Below, piece after piece: positions 1 to 14,371 of a stretch of 64,000 nt of DNA (position 1 is its first letter; every line of letters starts with the position of its first letter). The notes beneath the pieces are model-generated. The model was not told the DNA's origin, made no database searches, and saw nothing but the letters and a program-made list of their open reading frames with translations. The position numbers and the translations under genes are program-made. Source of the stretch: Octopus vulgaris (lineage: Eukaryota); NCBI GenBank assembly GCA_951406725.2, contig OX597822.1, positions 26,536,001 through 26,600,000 of the forward strand, read 5' to 3'.

Positions 1-782
1 GGCAGTGCCGTCCAGTGACCACACACACACACACACACCTTAACGATGGACATGACTCCACACAAGCAAAGCCTCTGCAAGAAAGGATAATTAAGGTCCC
101 TTTAGAGAATGTGGACACTGTGTTGGCCACAGGAAGGGGAAAAAAACTTGTAGATTTGAAGAGGTGTTTCTCGAAGACATTTTGTTTTTCATAACACCGT
201 GGTGAATTCTCGTGATGAATTTAGTAATCAATCATGGCTAGCCGGTTAATCATTTTTTGAACGTGATATCAACATTGATTAATAATTTTAATCACGAACT
301 TCAAAGAGAAATCGAAATTATTTCACAGTTGGTGAGTTCGATAAATGCTTAGACAATCGATGTCGTGGAAATCTCAGATATACATGAAAATGTTCAACGT
401 TTTTACTTTCAAATAATAGATTGCACTTGGATACTGCAATCACATTTAATTCCAATCAATAAATGTATATAAAAAAAACCTCTTAAAGATTATTGATAAT
501 TTACAGATTCGATTTTCTGATTTCATTGCAGTCATAGGTGCATCCACTTTTATCTAACTCATTTATGAATCTAGATGTAAAAGTAACTACTTCTCAAATA
601 GAGGCGTTGGGTGGTTGATATAACCCTTCTTTTCTAGTTGTTCTCATATCAAGGAGACTTTGAGGTTGCGCGTATTGACAATAATCACTATAAGTTTCAT
701 CAGGGTTTCCAAATATTTTGTTTACCACATCAGGAATGTACATTCAGTTAGTTAATGTTATATAAGTTAGTCAATGTTGTAA

Positions 783-1015
783 AGGCGGCGAGCTGGCAGA
801 AACGTTAGCACGCTGGGCGAAATGCTTTGTGGTATTTCGTCTGCCGTTACGTTCTGAGTTCAAATTCCGCCGAGGTCGACTTTGCCTTTCATCCTTTCGG
901 GGTCGATAAATTAAGTACCAGTTACGCACTGGGGTCGATATAATCGACTTAATCCGTTTGTCTATCCTTGTTTGTCCCCTCTGTGTTTAGCCCCTTGTGG
1001 GTAGTAAAGAAATAA
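783..1015 (+). mobile_element. tRNA-derived SINE, group A (GGCGGCGAGCTGGCAGAA head, Tx1-like tail)
   Basis: A-box TGGCAGAAACGTTAG, B-box GAGTTCAAATTCC, central GCCTTTCATCCTTTCGGGGTCGATAAA. Imperfect TSD GTYAATGTTGT. Many copies in the window. Confidence 0.9.
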
Positions 1016-1119
1016 GTTAATGTTGTATAAGTGGTACAGGGTATATGAATCATCGTATATACTGGGTATATGTTGATTGATACTACTTATTAAGACCTGT
1101 GAATAGGAAAGGAAAAGAG

Positions 1120-1243
1120 AGCCTAGTAAGCCTAGTACTTATTCTATCGGGCTCTTTTGCCGAACCGCTAAGAAACGATGACGTAAACACACCAGCAACG
1201 GTTGTTAATCGATGTTGGGGGGACAAACAGACACAGACAGACA

Positions 1244-1335
<92 letters not shown>

Positions 1336-1500
1336 TATATACGTCGGGCTTCTTTCAGTTTCCGTCTACCACATCCACTCACAAGGCTTTGGTCGACCCG
1401 AGGCTATAGTAGAAGACACTTGCCCAAAGTACCACGCAATGGGACTGAACCCGGAACCATGTGGTTGGTAAACAAGCTACTTACCACACGGCCACTCCTA
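1120..1500 (-). mobile_element. tRNA-derived CORE-like SINE, group B, with internal (TA)n(TG)n
   Basis: Head GGAGTGGCCGTGTGGTAAG...GGTTCAGTCCC and CORE-like TTGGGCAAGTGTCTTCT; homologous to 14364, 16375, 54680 and 61960. Confidence 0.88.
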
Positions 1501-1662
1501 CGCCTCTATTCTATTTCTAAAAATAGAGAAAAGAAAAAAACGATCGGAAAGCCCACATCGGACAGCGTAATGGCCGATATAGAGAAAGACGGGGTGGTTC
1601 ATAGTTGGAATACTTTTAAGCATAAATCTGCTGGATCAGGGGCTGGCAGGAAGTAAAATACG

Positions 1663-1933
1663 CCATCATCATCTTTGTCGACATTGTCATTATTGTCATC
1701 TTCCTCCTCGGCATAATCATCATCCTCATCGCCGTCGTCGCCTCATAATCGTCATCGTCATCATCATTGACGTCATTGTCATCTTCATCGTCCTCTTTGT
1801 CACCGTCTCCATCGTTGTCATCATGATCATCGTCATCATCATCGCCGACATCATCATCATCATCCTCAGCAGCAGCAGCAACAGCAGCAGTGTCGTCATC
1901 GTTGTCGTCGTCGTAGTCATCACCATCATCGTG

Positions 1934-1979
<46 letters not shown>

Positions 1980-2073
1980 CCATCATCTTCATCATCATCA
2001 TAACAATATCATCATCATCATCATCACCACCACCACCACCGCCAACATAACCACTTCGATCATCATTATCGTG

Positions 2074-2107
<34 letters not shown>

Positions 2108-2180
2108 CCACTACCACCACCAACACCACCACCACCACCACCACCACCACCACCAACATGACCTTCGATTGTCGTCATCG

Positions 2181-2211
<31 letters not shown>

Positions 2212-2412
2212 ATCATCATCAACGTTGTCGTCGCCGTTCTCCTCTTCATCATCGTCGTCGTCATCGTCATAGCAGTCGTAGTCATCATAGCCATCATCAT
2301 CATCATAGCTGTCGTAATCATGATAGTTACCATCATCACCATCACCATCATCGTAGTTGTCGCCATTATCATCCAGCAACACCATCATTATCATTAACAA
2401 CAATAACAAACG
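1663..2412. repeat. Compound (CAT)n/(CAC)n/(CGT)n trinucleotide tract
   Basis: Seen directly; source of the poly-D/M/H pseudo-ORFs. Confidence 0.95.
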
Positions 2413-2549
2413 ATAATTAAGCACTTATAATAAGGTTTTCTATTGCTTGGCATCCTTAACTTAATTCATCTCTTTTGTGTTATCGTTATTTCCCAATCCT
2501 TTCTTCCAAAGACACACACACACACACACACACGCACACACACACACGC

Positions 2550-2598
<49 letters not shown>

Positions 2599-3013
2599 AT
2601 CTTATACAAGCTAAATGCATTTTTTTCTCCTTTCTTAATTTCGGTGTTGTAGTTGTCTGGCGGGTGACTTGATATGAAATCGTTATGTTGAATCTAAGGC
2701 AATTAAACCGTAGAAGAACCATTTTAGTAATCTAAAAACACACAAAAAAAGGTGAATATAACAGTTTTTATATGATTCTTCTACGATGTAATTGCTTTAT
2801 TGCAATGTGTTTTTGAAAAAAAAAGAAAAGAAAAACAAACAACAAAAGAAAAAAACCCCAAGGAAGTGAATATACAAAATATCAATAGAAGAAACAATAC
2901 AACTTGAAACGAGATCTTTATAAAAAAAGAGAGATTATCACAATAGCAGGTCCGTTGCATTTGATTTTCTGGTTTCCGTTTATTATTTCATTTCATTACG
3001 CAAACACACACTC

Positions 3014-3489
<476 letters not shown>

Positions 3490-3730
3490 GGGTTGATATT
3501 GCCGAAATGCATGAAATTAAACAACAAATAGCTTACAAACTACAGAATTTTCTCAAGAAAGCCAAGAGAAAAAGATGTTTTATGTAACACATTCGACCAG
3601 TATACACACACACATTCATTGCCTTTCATTCGTGTGTTTGTGTATCTATATATGTGCGCGAGTGTGTCACTGTTGAAGTCGCCCGGGCAACTTATTTGTG
3701 TATATATTGGCTTACTGGTACAGAGTATTT

Positions 3731-4298
3731 AAGGCGGCGATCTGGCAGAATCATTAGCACGCCGGGCGAAATGCGTAGCCGTATTTCGTCTGCCGTTACG
3801 TTCTGAGTTCAAATTCCGCCGAGGTCGACTTTGCCTTTCATCCCTTTCAGGGTCGATAAATTAAGTACCACTTACGCACTGGGGTCGATATAATCGACTT
3901 AATCCGTTTGTCTGTCCTCTCTGTGTTTAGTCCCTGGTGGGTAGTAAAGAAATAGGTATTTTGTCTGCCGCTACGTTCTGAGTTCAAATTCCAACAGATC
4001 GACTTTGCCTTTCATCCTTTCGGGGTCGATTAAATAAGCACCAGTTACGCACTGGAGTCGATATAATCGACTTAATCCGTCTGTCTGTCCTTGTTTGTCC
4101 TCTCTGTGTTTAGTAAAGAAATAGATATTTCGTCTGCCTCTACGTTCTGAGTTCAAATTCCACCGAGGTCGACTTTGCCTTTCATCCTTTCGGGGTCGAT
4201 TAAATAAGTACCAGTTACGTGCTGGGGTCGATGTAATCAACTTAATCCGTTTGTCTGTCCTCTCTGTGTTTAGCCCCTTGTGGGTAGTAAAGAAATAA
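3731..4298 (+). mobile_element. Trimeric group A SINE (one full unit plus two head-truncated tandem units)
   Basis: Units start near 3731, 3955 and 4124; a single TSD GTACAGAGT at 3718-3726 and 4299-4307. Confidence 0.9.
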
Positions 4299-4481
4299 GT
4301 ACAGAGTGATTGGAAACTGTAAATAAGGTGCAAGTTTCGAGTACTTGTCGGTAACTTTCTTTTTCTCCTCGTCTTCTAATAGTAATTACTCAACTTTCTA
4401 GGCTCTTCTCACAGCTATCCTGTGTTAAAAAATTATACGGGTGTTTAAAAAATTTTCATTCAATAAATAATAAATTTACTT

Positions 4482-4650
4482 TTTTTATGCGTCCTTTTCA
4501 AGCTTAGCCAGGCTCATGGGCCCGGTTTCTCGGTTTCTGTGGCGTGTGTGTTCCCCCCAGCTGGACGGGACGCCAGTCCATCGCAGCGTTACTCAAGAAA
4601 CAGGAAGAAAGAGTGAGAAAAAGTTGGGACGAAAGAGTACAACAGGGGAC
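4482..4650 (-). mobile_element. Group C SINE 3' fragment (tail type with GCGATGGACTGGCGTCCCGTCCAG)
   Basis: Homologous to 21160-21300 and 21465-21551. Confidence 0.8.
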
Positions 4651-4856
4651 GCTGTGAATGGCAATGAATATTTAAATTTGCGAGAAATTGGAGTTAAAAA
4701 ATTCAAGAAAATTGAAAAATCAAAATTATAGGCAATTTCTTAGAACATGAATTTATAAAAATATTTCCAGACGGTCAACCCTTTAAAAGTTTAGTACTTT
4801 TAGTAATTGTTACATACCTAATTAATAAGCAGTTTTCTCCATTATAGTATATATAG

Positions 4857-5638
<782 letters not shown>

Positions 5639-6420
5639 GCTTTTGTATTCGTTGCTGCAGTTGCATGCATCTCCTTTAATATTGTCCAATATACCGTTAC
5701 AAATACATTATACAGCGCACCTATGAAAAATATACACGCCGCATGTGAAGTATTTAATATGAATCAAATGAATAATCACTCACACTACAATGGATGAACG
5801 CTTTTAAAAAAGATACAAAAGGATAATGTTTAAAACAGAACACAAATTGCATAATACCAAAGGATAATTAACGTAAGTAATATACTACAAAAACACTTAA
5901 GTCGTATACAATAATAATATTGTATACGACTTGAGATGTTTTGCTAGCCTTAAAGTCTGTTGTCCTCTTTGACAATTATATATCATATGTGCATGTGTGT
6001 GAGTGTGTTTGCGTGTATGTATTCGTGCGGGGGTATGTGTGGGCGTGTGTGTGTGCGTACGTGTAAGTGTGTGTTTGCTTATGTGTGTGTGCTTGTGTGT
6101 GTGTATGTGTGTGTGTGTGTGTATGTGTGTGCGTGCGTGTATGTGTGTGTGTGTGTGAGGCGCTGTGGATATTTGTTCCAGCTTTTTGTTGATTTCAAAC
6201 CTTGCTGACGTCAGCTTTTCCTTTTATACTCTACAAAACAACACATTTCTATTCAGTGTCTAAAATACAATACTTTATGTTATATTTTCTCTTATCGTCA
6301 CTATTCATAGACGTTCAATAGGTAACAGCTAAGTGTCGATTTGATATAATTTTCACTAAAAAGTTTTACTAAAATACGTGCATACAGGCGGTCATGCAAG
6401 AATACATTCATAAACACACT

Positions 6421-6452
<32 letters not shown>

Positions 6453-6502
6453 CATATATATACATATACATATATACATATACATATATATATATACATA
6501 CA

Positions 6503-6594
<92 letters not shown>

Positions 6595-6695
6595 TTTAAT
6601 TTTCTCCTGGTTTGCGGAATTAATGTTATTTTGCGGTTGAAGCTTTGGCTGTTATTTCTAGTGGGTGAATGGCCTATTATGGCCGTTCCTTGATT

Positions 6696-6724
<29 letters not shown>

Positions 6725-6731
<7 letters not shown>

Positions 6732-6951
6732 TGGTTATATGATTATATGAATATCACTATGGACTCCGTGTGGGCAGTCATCTAAAAGTTTTTGTTCATC
6801 ATGATGCTGACATAAGTTCCTTGTTTTTCCTGATGAGAAGGCGGCATAATGCACCCTTTATTCCTTCGGAATTGAGAATATGCAGTCTTCGAAACATATG
6901 TCGAGAATAAAGGAATTTTGTTAAATCGTCGTTCGACTCCATTCTTTCATT

Positions 6952-6955
<4 letters not shown>
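6725..6955 (+). mobile_element. Hammerhead-bearing non-coding element (family 1) between (TA)n tracts, Penelope pLTR/retrozyme-like
   Basis: Flanked on both sides by (TA)n and contains the hammerhead at 6825-6907. Confidence 0.7.
6825..6907 (+). ncRNA. Minimal type-I hammerhead ribozyme motif
   Basis: TTTTC-CTGATGA-GAAGGCGGCATA...TATGCAGTCTTC-GAAAC-ATAT-GTC-GAGAA. Stem II pairs 11/12 and stem III is the palindrome ACATATGT. Confidence 0.85.
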
Positions 6956-7030
<75 letters not shown>

Positions 7031-7063
7031 GAATATATATATACCAATCGTACTTTTATATCA

Positions 7064-8566
7064 TACACTAGCGGCGTTGCTCCGGATTAAGTAGCATAAT
7101 TGGTGAGTCGCGAAATCCTCAAATCGTGATATTTCACGGTTCCTCGGTGGTAATTTTTCGCATGCAAATATATGTGGTAGTCGTCTGTTCCATATGGAAG
7201 AAACAATGGATACATCGAGGGATCACGGGATCGATGTAACTCTGCAATTCTCAAACCACCTTGTTTCAACTAAAGAACAATATCCCTGTTTCTGTAGGTT
7301 TATTTGACATTAAAATTGCAGCTTCAGCCCCTGTTGGTGTATTAAAACGCCGAGCATGTTCTCCCTTGAAACGCTTATTTTCCCGAAGTTGATGGTAAAT
7401 TTGACCTTGGATTCTTAAAGATGGATTCTAACCTTGGACAGATGCATCTTTGTGACCAAAACTGGTCATAGCAAACAGAAAGTTTGTACTCCCTGAGCCA
7501 TGACAAAAAGTGTTCGCTGAATTGACTTTCCCCAGTGAACAGTTCTTGAAATAACTGAGGCAGCAGTGGAAATGGATCCAGTGTAACCATTCCATTTCCA
7601 CAAAACATTCCTGGTGATTCTCCAGTAAATTTCTTAGCACCACACTGACAGAGTTTGGTCCTTTCTCCAATTGTAGCCTTGTTACATGGGTCATTTTTGT
7701 CATACAGTAGTGCAGAACCTTTAGCATTTTGAATCTCGCGTTGTCTTAAATTTTTATACCCGTTTCTATCAGCAATCAAACGCTGTTGTCTCTCTTCTTC
7801 AGATTCATTTCTCCTTACAACTGTATGGCGAAATAAATCTTGCTCCTGTCTTTCTTGACGCTCACCGAAGGTTTCATTTGTTTGCCTCTGTCTAGAAAGT
7901 CGTTCGTCCCTTGCACCACATCTTTCAGATTGGCGAGACACTCTTTGACTTTGGTTTTGCCTAGAAAGTCGTTCTTCCCTTGCATCACAACTTTCAGATT
8001 GGCGACGAAGCTTCACCCTTTGTGCATGTGGAATATTTGATCAAGTGGACTTCCTTTTCCGTGGCATAATGGGTGTCTCAAGAAAAATTAAGAAAAAGAA
8101 AATGTTAAAAAAGAAGAGGTGTTCATTAATAACTTTTTTGCTATAACTCTAGTGATGTTTTGTCATAGATAAAATATGTAAATTTGTAGAATTTTTCTAT
8201 AAACGAGAGGTAATTTTGTTGTTTTGCGTTAAATAATAGAAAACCCCCGTGATAATAGAGGTTCAAGTACTAAAGTTATGGGCTTCCAAAATTTGCAATA
8301 CATTAGGATTTCTTAATATTATTGAAATTTGCTGGTATTTTGGAAATAGGCATAATTTCTGTTCATTTACCTACAGTTCAAATTTCATTTAAATCAATTG
8401 GAAAAATTTTTCAGTGGGGAGCATGATCAAAATGAAATATACTTATAAAAGTAACCTGGTTAATGTAGTTTCAGAATATATATGGTTATGAGGGTCTATC
8501 TCTCAAGCCCAAGGAGGAGTTCGATAACAAGCAGACAGACAGAGGTTACAACATTATATGTATAGA
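7064..8566 (-). mobile_element. Internally deleted Helitron/Helentron-type element with the Rep N-terminal region
   Basis: Pseudo-ORF has coiled repeats, CQCGAKKFTGESPGMFCGNG, FAMTSFG, RIQGQIYH and IAELHRSRDPSMYPLFLPYG, typical of the RepHel N-terminus. Ends resemble ACTAGC..CGGCGTTGC and CAGACAGACAGA..TTATATGTATAGA. Confidence 0.82.
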
Positions 8567-8583
8567 CACATGCATACATATAC

Positions 8584-8616
<33 letters not shown>

Positions 8617-8659
8617 TGTATGTATGTATGTATGTATGTATGTATGTATATATATATAT

Positions 8660-9004
8660 TATTTCCTCATTCTACATTGAGAGAAGAAAGAGATGGACGC
8701 TTCAATTCTATGCTGCTGCCGCATTATGTCGTACGCGAATGAGAGGATTTGCATCCCCAACCAAGAATTTTTGATGTAACACATGTCCTTGTGGAAGCTG
8801 TTGTGCGCGGCTGAAGAAGGCCACAGACATACATTATGCATTGTTATAAATCTGTCTAATAAAGGCCCGAAACATATGTACCGCTGAATCCTTCGCATCA
8901 TGTTTTTATTTTGATCAATTTACTCCACCACCTACACCACTAAACGGTATACACAGGTGCTTATAATTATCAAGTACTCACCCCGAATTTCTATACTCAA
9001 CTCA

Positions 9005-9006
<2 letters not shown>
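8660..9006 (+). mobile_element. Hammerhead-bearing non-coding element (family 2) between TA-type microsatellites
   Basis: Bounded by (TATG)n/(TA)n on the left and (TA)n on the right; contains the hammerhead at 8807-8884. Confidence 0.7.
8807..8884 (+). ncRNA. Minimal type-I hammerhead ribozyme motif
   Basis: GCGG-CTGAAGA-aGGCC-ACAGA...TCTGT...GGCCc-GAAAC-ATAT-GTA-CCGC. Stem I is GCGG/CCGC, stem III is the palindrome ACATATGT, and the first stem II pair is an A.C mismatch. Confidence 0.8.
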
Positions 9007-9047
<41 letters not shown>

Positions 9048-9939
9048 TCCATACATATATATAATAAACATACATACATACATACATACACAAATGAGAG
9101 AGCAACGTCACGCACAGCATACTATTCAGGTCACCAAGAATAGCACAAACGATTATGTCAAAAGAAATATTACCTATGCATTGCATTTTGCTCTTTCTGT
9201 GGATTTCAAATAAGTCATTGATGCCGGTAAGCAACTACAATGACATCCTTATTTATTCAGTGCATTAATTTGCTTTGTGATCGTTTTGATAACGCGTTAC
9301 TAGGAATATGGGGGAAAAGAGACGTTGTCCTAAAACTTCGTGACAATATGAAGAGGGTGAGTGAGACCGAGATCATATGATCTCTATCTACTCAGTTTTC
9401 GCTTATCTATGTACATGCCAAAATGGGTTTCACTCTGAAATTTCGTTTAGTCAGAGCGTAAACAATTTCCGTCGTGCCCAGATTTTTAATCAGACTATTT
9501 GTATTTCCTATTTTCTAATAATACTCCAGCCACTTGCAACTATGTCATGATTCATTTCATTATTATGCAATTGCCATGTACATCAAAATAAATAGATAAA
9601 TAAGTTAATAAATAAAGATACGTTTTTGACTCATACAGTCATCTGAGAGATAGTACCAACAAAAAAAGTCGACAGAAGAATTAAGCATACTTCAAAACAA
9701 TTTTAATGATATATATGTGTGAATGATCTCAAGATCATTCACACGGGAGAATTTCTGGATGTCAGGTCTTTTTGTAACTGCCATCAAGTAATCCTGCTTG
9801 GAAAGTGGTGAGTAAATAGTTTTCCCCAGGACAGCGTACGGCGTTCTGACAGGAATTACTAGTTAGAGTTCTCCATAAACACCTCATCAAAGTAATACCT
9901 CTCGTAGCGAGGAAGAATATCTTTGATACTGATAGATAT

Positions 9940-10229
9940 CACCGTGATCAGATGTTGCTACACATCGCTGGTCACAATGCGCTTCGCGCTGTTTTAGCCT
10001 TCAAATGGCGCCATCCCGCAGGCTAAGCGAGCAGGCCAACAGAAGAAAGGGCGAGAGAAAGTTGTGGCGAAAGAGCACAGCAGGGATCGCCACCACCCAC
10101 TGCTAGAGCATCGTGGAGCTTTAGGTGTTTTTGCTCAATAAACACTCACAACTCCTGGTCTGGGAATCGAAACCGCGATCCTACGACCGCGAGTCCGCTG
10201 CCCTAACCACTGGGCCATTGCGCCTCCAC
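9940..10229 (-). mobile_element. Group C SINE (tRNA-Arg-like head GTGGAGGCGCAATGGCCCAGTGG), distinct tail type
   Basis: 12-bp TSD ACTGATAGATAT at 9928-9939 and 10230-10241. Confidence 0.9.
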
Positions 10230-11279
10230 ACTGATAGATATGGCGGAAAGGAGACTTTCCTCATGTAAATAATCTAATCTAGCCAAAAACAAAAATGCAG
10301 CCCAATCAAATACGCTCAGTTATACCAATAGAGCTCTCAGGCTTTATAAGTGACCAACTCCATATTTGATACTATCAAAAAGAACAATGGTTCATGATAT
10401 ATGTGGATTCCTAAATGCCTAAACTCTTTAGTAATGGAAGGCAAGGTTTATGATATCCGAGGAATATCATCTTCTTCCATCATCTTTTTCTTGTTCTTTA
10501 TGAAGTTCAGGCTTTCGGCAGGCGAAGAGAAAAGACTTCAGGCATAAATGCTATTTACAACTGGTTTAGTTACAGGAAAGGTGAAGGGTGCTGCTCACAG
10601 CTACCATCTTAAGCTCCGAATAGTGTGGGCGCATTGCCTCTGGAGATAGATAGGCAGAAAGAGCTGCCTGTGTTGGTGTTCAGCCAATGCTGCTGTCTAA
10701 TGGCGCCAAAAGAGAAAAGACAGAACTGAATCGATTTTCCGTCTACATCGTTCCCATCGCGAGCCTCGTTGTTATCTCGCGCATGGCAAATGGATGCAGG
10801 TGAGGTATCGCTCCAGTCTCGGAGATGGCAATGGCTGCCGCGAGATGTCATCCAATATGGCGCTGGCTGTTTGTGCCGCTATAACTCCTTGCACGGATAA
10901 TATGAAATATTTAGATAGATATCCAGGAAAACTGATAGAAAATAAACTAGTGAAGATGCTAACCCAATGTACAAAAGGAGTAAGTCCGAAGATGAAGAAC
11001 TTCTAACCAAGATACCAACTGAGAAACGACGAGGAAGTTCAGATTGACAACAATTGGGTCATACTTTACCGATCACTGTCGCTAAACGACCTTGACTCAC
11101 GCATGAATGTCGAACTCTCTCACCTATTCTATGCATTTAAATATGTGTAACATGTGCTACAAAGGATCTGTCACCGCTGTGTATGGTCTTCAAAAACAAA
11201 ACACGAACAATGAAAGTACCCGAGGCCTAGATGGGAAAGTACGGGAAAGCAACAATGATTTGTTTAAACTTCTCATTTT

Positions 11280-11342
<63 letters not shown>

Positions 11343-11708
11343 AGATAGGGGTTGAAAATTCAACCCACCATGGGATAATATATATCCAATATACTGCTAG
11401 ATAGGTACCCAACAAAAATAATACATAGATGTTAAAAATTGTCAAGCAATCAGTTCATCTATTGTATTAAATGGGTAAAGGTAATAATATTACCGTAAAT
11501 TAATACTACAAAATTAGAGAATGGAGAAACATACTTAAATCAGTAAAACATCAACTATCCGATGATACTCAATCCATACTTTAATACACCATTACATATG
11601 AGTAAAGGCAATATATAAAATGAAATGAGATATACAGTAATAGTAAAAGTAAAAAGATAAAGAGATATAAGTAAAAAATTTCAAATATAATATGCAAATA
11701 AATCAAAA

Positions 11709-11816
11709 CTGACAGCTGTTTCGGCAGTGAGGACAGTCATACCTCATTTAACCTATAAGCCATAAAGGCAGGTATAAATGAGGCATTAACAAGGATGCCC
11801 CACGGCCTCTTCAGAG
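11709..11816 (-). ncRNA. Hammerhead ribozyme motif (mirror copy of 12716-12823)
   Basis: Reverse complement in the left arm of the palindrome. Confidence 0.7.
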
Positions 11817-12154
11817 AATTAAATTAAATTTGTTATAATAGTGAAAAATATTATATAATCATATACATATAAATATAAAAATATAAAAATGTAAAATATA
11901 AAAACTTATATATCATAATGCTACACTTATATAATATAATACACATTTGTACAAAAAGGAAGGTAAACAGAACAATATAAAACAAAATATATAACAGTGT
12001 ATATATTAATATTAATAAGTACCGATATTATACATATTTGGCTAATAGTTTTTTTTATAAAAAAAGGCTAACACATATGGAGATGAAAAATAATAATTAA
12101 ATCCGTGGTACAGTTCATAAAATTCTAAAGCTATAAAAGTTAATAAAAATTACT

Positions 12155-12201
<47 letters not shown>

Positions 12202-12331
12202 TAATAATAATAAAAAAATACTAAAAATAGATACAGTTAAGTTAGCACCAAGTCCATCCTTTCAAGCTTGAAAGGATGGACTTGGTGCTAACTTAACTGT
12301 ATCTATTTTTAGTATTTTTTTATTATTATTA

Positions 12332-12378
<47 letters not shown>

Positions 12379-12715
12379 AGTAATTTTTATTAACTTTTAT
12401 AGCTTTAGAATTTTATGAACTGTACCACGGATTTAATTATTATTTTTCATCTCCATATGTGTTAGCCTTTTTTTATAAAAAAACTATTAGCCAAATATGT
12501 ATAATATCGGTACTTATTAATATTAATATATACACTGTTATATATTTTGTTTTATATTGTTCTGTTTACCTTCCTTTTTGTACAAATGTGTATTATATTA
12601 TATAAGTGTAGCATTATGATATATAAGTTTTTATATTTTACATTTTTATATTTTTATATTTATATGTATATGATTATATAATATTTTTCACTATTATAAC
12701 AAATTTAATTTAATT

Positions 12716-12823
12716 CTCTGAAGAGGCCGTGGGGCATCCTTGTTAATGCCTCATTTATACCTGCCTTTATGGCTTATAGGTTAAATGAGGTATGACTGTC
12801 CTCACTGCCGAAACAGCTGTCAG
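12716..12823 (+). ncRNA. Hammerhead ribozyme motif with long stem II
   Basis: CT-CTGAAGA-GGC.GTGGGG...GCCTCATTTA...TAAATGAGGT...CCTCAC.GCC-GAAAC-AGCT-GTC-AG. Stem III is the palindrome ACAGCTGT; stem I is only about 2 bp. Confidence 0.7.
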
Positions 12824-13025
12824 TTTTGATTTATTTGCATATTATATTTGAAATTTTTTACTTATATCTCTTTATCTTTTTACTTTTACTATTACTGTAT
12901 ATCTCATTTCATTTTATATATTGCCTTTACTCATATGTAATGGTGTATTAAAGTATGGATTGAGTATCATCGGATAGTTGATGTTTTACTGATTTAAGTA
13001 TGTTTCTCCATTCTCTAATTTTGTA

Positions 13026-13080
<55 letters not shown>

Positions 13081-13082
<2 letters not shown>

Positions 13083-14250
13083 GGGTGCGTAAGGTATTTG
13101 AAGACATACCTTTTTGGGTCATTGCTGTATTTTTGGCTTACTCAGTATATCTTTGTTTCAGAAAATAATAATGGCAGACCCTCAGCTTACTCAAGAAGTG
13201 AAGAGGCATGCTGTCATTGTGGTTATAAAGGCTGAGTATAGATATTTAGAAATATCTCGATTTTTAAAAGTTGCCAGATCTTTCGTCTACAAAGTTTGTA
13301 AGTAGCTAGAGACTGAAGATGGAAATGTATCACTAGTATCAAAGCATAAAAAGCATTCTAAACACTCTGAAATCATCAGAATACTTGAATTTATCTAGCA
13401 AGTTCAACAGACCGTTGATTACAATCCCAGAAAGTGTATGAGGCCGATTGCAAAAAATCTCCATGTGTCAGAAGGAACAGTCAGAAAAGTTGTCCACGAA
13501 GATATCAGATATAAGTTTTATATAATGAGGAAAGGACAATTTATCAGAAAAAGCAAAAGAAAGTCACTACAACGGATCTAAAAGGCTCTTAAACAAACTG
13601 AAAAATCCAGAAGATGTGATTTGATTTTTCTCAAACGAGAAAAACTTCGACCAAAATCAAAAAGTTAACAGAAGAAATGACAGATGGTTATGTGCAGATC
13701 CTTCTGAAGTTCCAAGTGTTATGCACACAAAATTTCATGTAACTGTCATGGTTTTAGGGGTTGTCTACATTGAGGTCCTGGAAATAATTGTTAAGTCTTG
13801 GATAGACAATGTATGCAATGGAAGGGCATATGTGTTTCAGTAAGGCTCTGCACTATCACACATGGCTCCAGTAACACAGGAATGCATGGCTGAAATTTTT
13901 CATGATCACATAACCTCCTAATTTCTCAAACCATTGGATTATTACATGTGGAGCGTTGTTGAGAGAGAGGTCAATGAACATGCCCATAACAGCAAAGATT
14001 CTTTAAAAGCTGCCACAGTCAGAGTAATGTCCGAAATGGACCAGAACCACTTGATTCGAGCATGTACATGATTTAGATCTCCTATAGAAGCAGTTGCTGA
14101 AGCTGAGGGTAGCTTTATTAAATAACATTATAGAAAAGAAGGTTTATTTTTATCCTCATAGCATTTAGTGATAAATAAAGTTATTATCTGTTATTATATA
14201 GCTGTTTTTTTTATAAGCATAAATTTGTCCTCAAATATTTTACGCACCCT
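13081..14250 (+). mobile_element. Tc1/mariner superfamily transposon, maT/DD37D-like, defective
   Basis: ~26-bp TIRs (CAGGGTGCGTAAGGTATTTGAAGACA / TGTCCTCAAATATTTTACGCACCCTC) enclosing a broken transposase. Confidence 0.88.
13171..14123 (+). pseudogene. Transposase pseudogene
   Basis: MADPQLTQEVKRHAVIV..., FFSNEKNF, NRRNDRW, VMVLGVV, YVFQ*GSALSH, PLDYYMWSVVE, IEAVAEAEGSFIK*; several stops and frameshifts. Confidence 0.85.
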
Positions 14251-14287
14251 CCTGCATGTGTTTGTGTGTGTGTGTGTATATGTGCGC

Positions 14288-14363
<76 letters not shown>

Positions 14364-14371
<8 letters not shown>

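Larger units (their letters stand above)
11339..13029. mobile_element. Palindromic hammerhead-bearing element (family 3) in (TA)n; ~760 bp arms with no spacer, centre 12266/12267
   Basis: 11504-12266 is the reverse complement of 12267-13028; I noticed one 1-nt homopolymer indel. (TA)n lies on both sides. Confidence 0.85.

Noticed and set aside
1726-2424. 232-aa ORF and overlapping poly-D/M/H/I ORFs
   Set aside because: Translations of stop-free trinucleotide repeats; no domain or splice evidence.
10240-11230. GC-richer stretch with short ORFs, possibly a gene or LINE 5' region
   Set aside because: No recognisable motif or splice pattern; left unassigned.
12264-12269. HindIII site at the palindrome centre as proof of a ligation artefact
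   Set aside because: Any spacer-less palindrome has a palindromic hexamer at its centre, so this is not evidence by itself.
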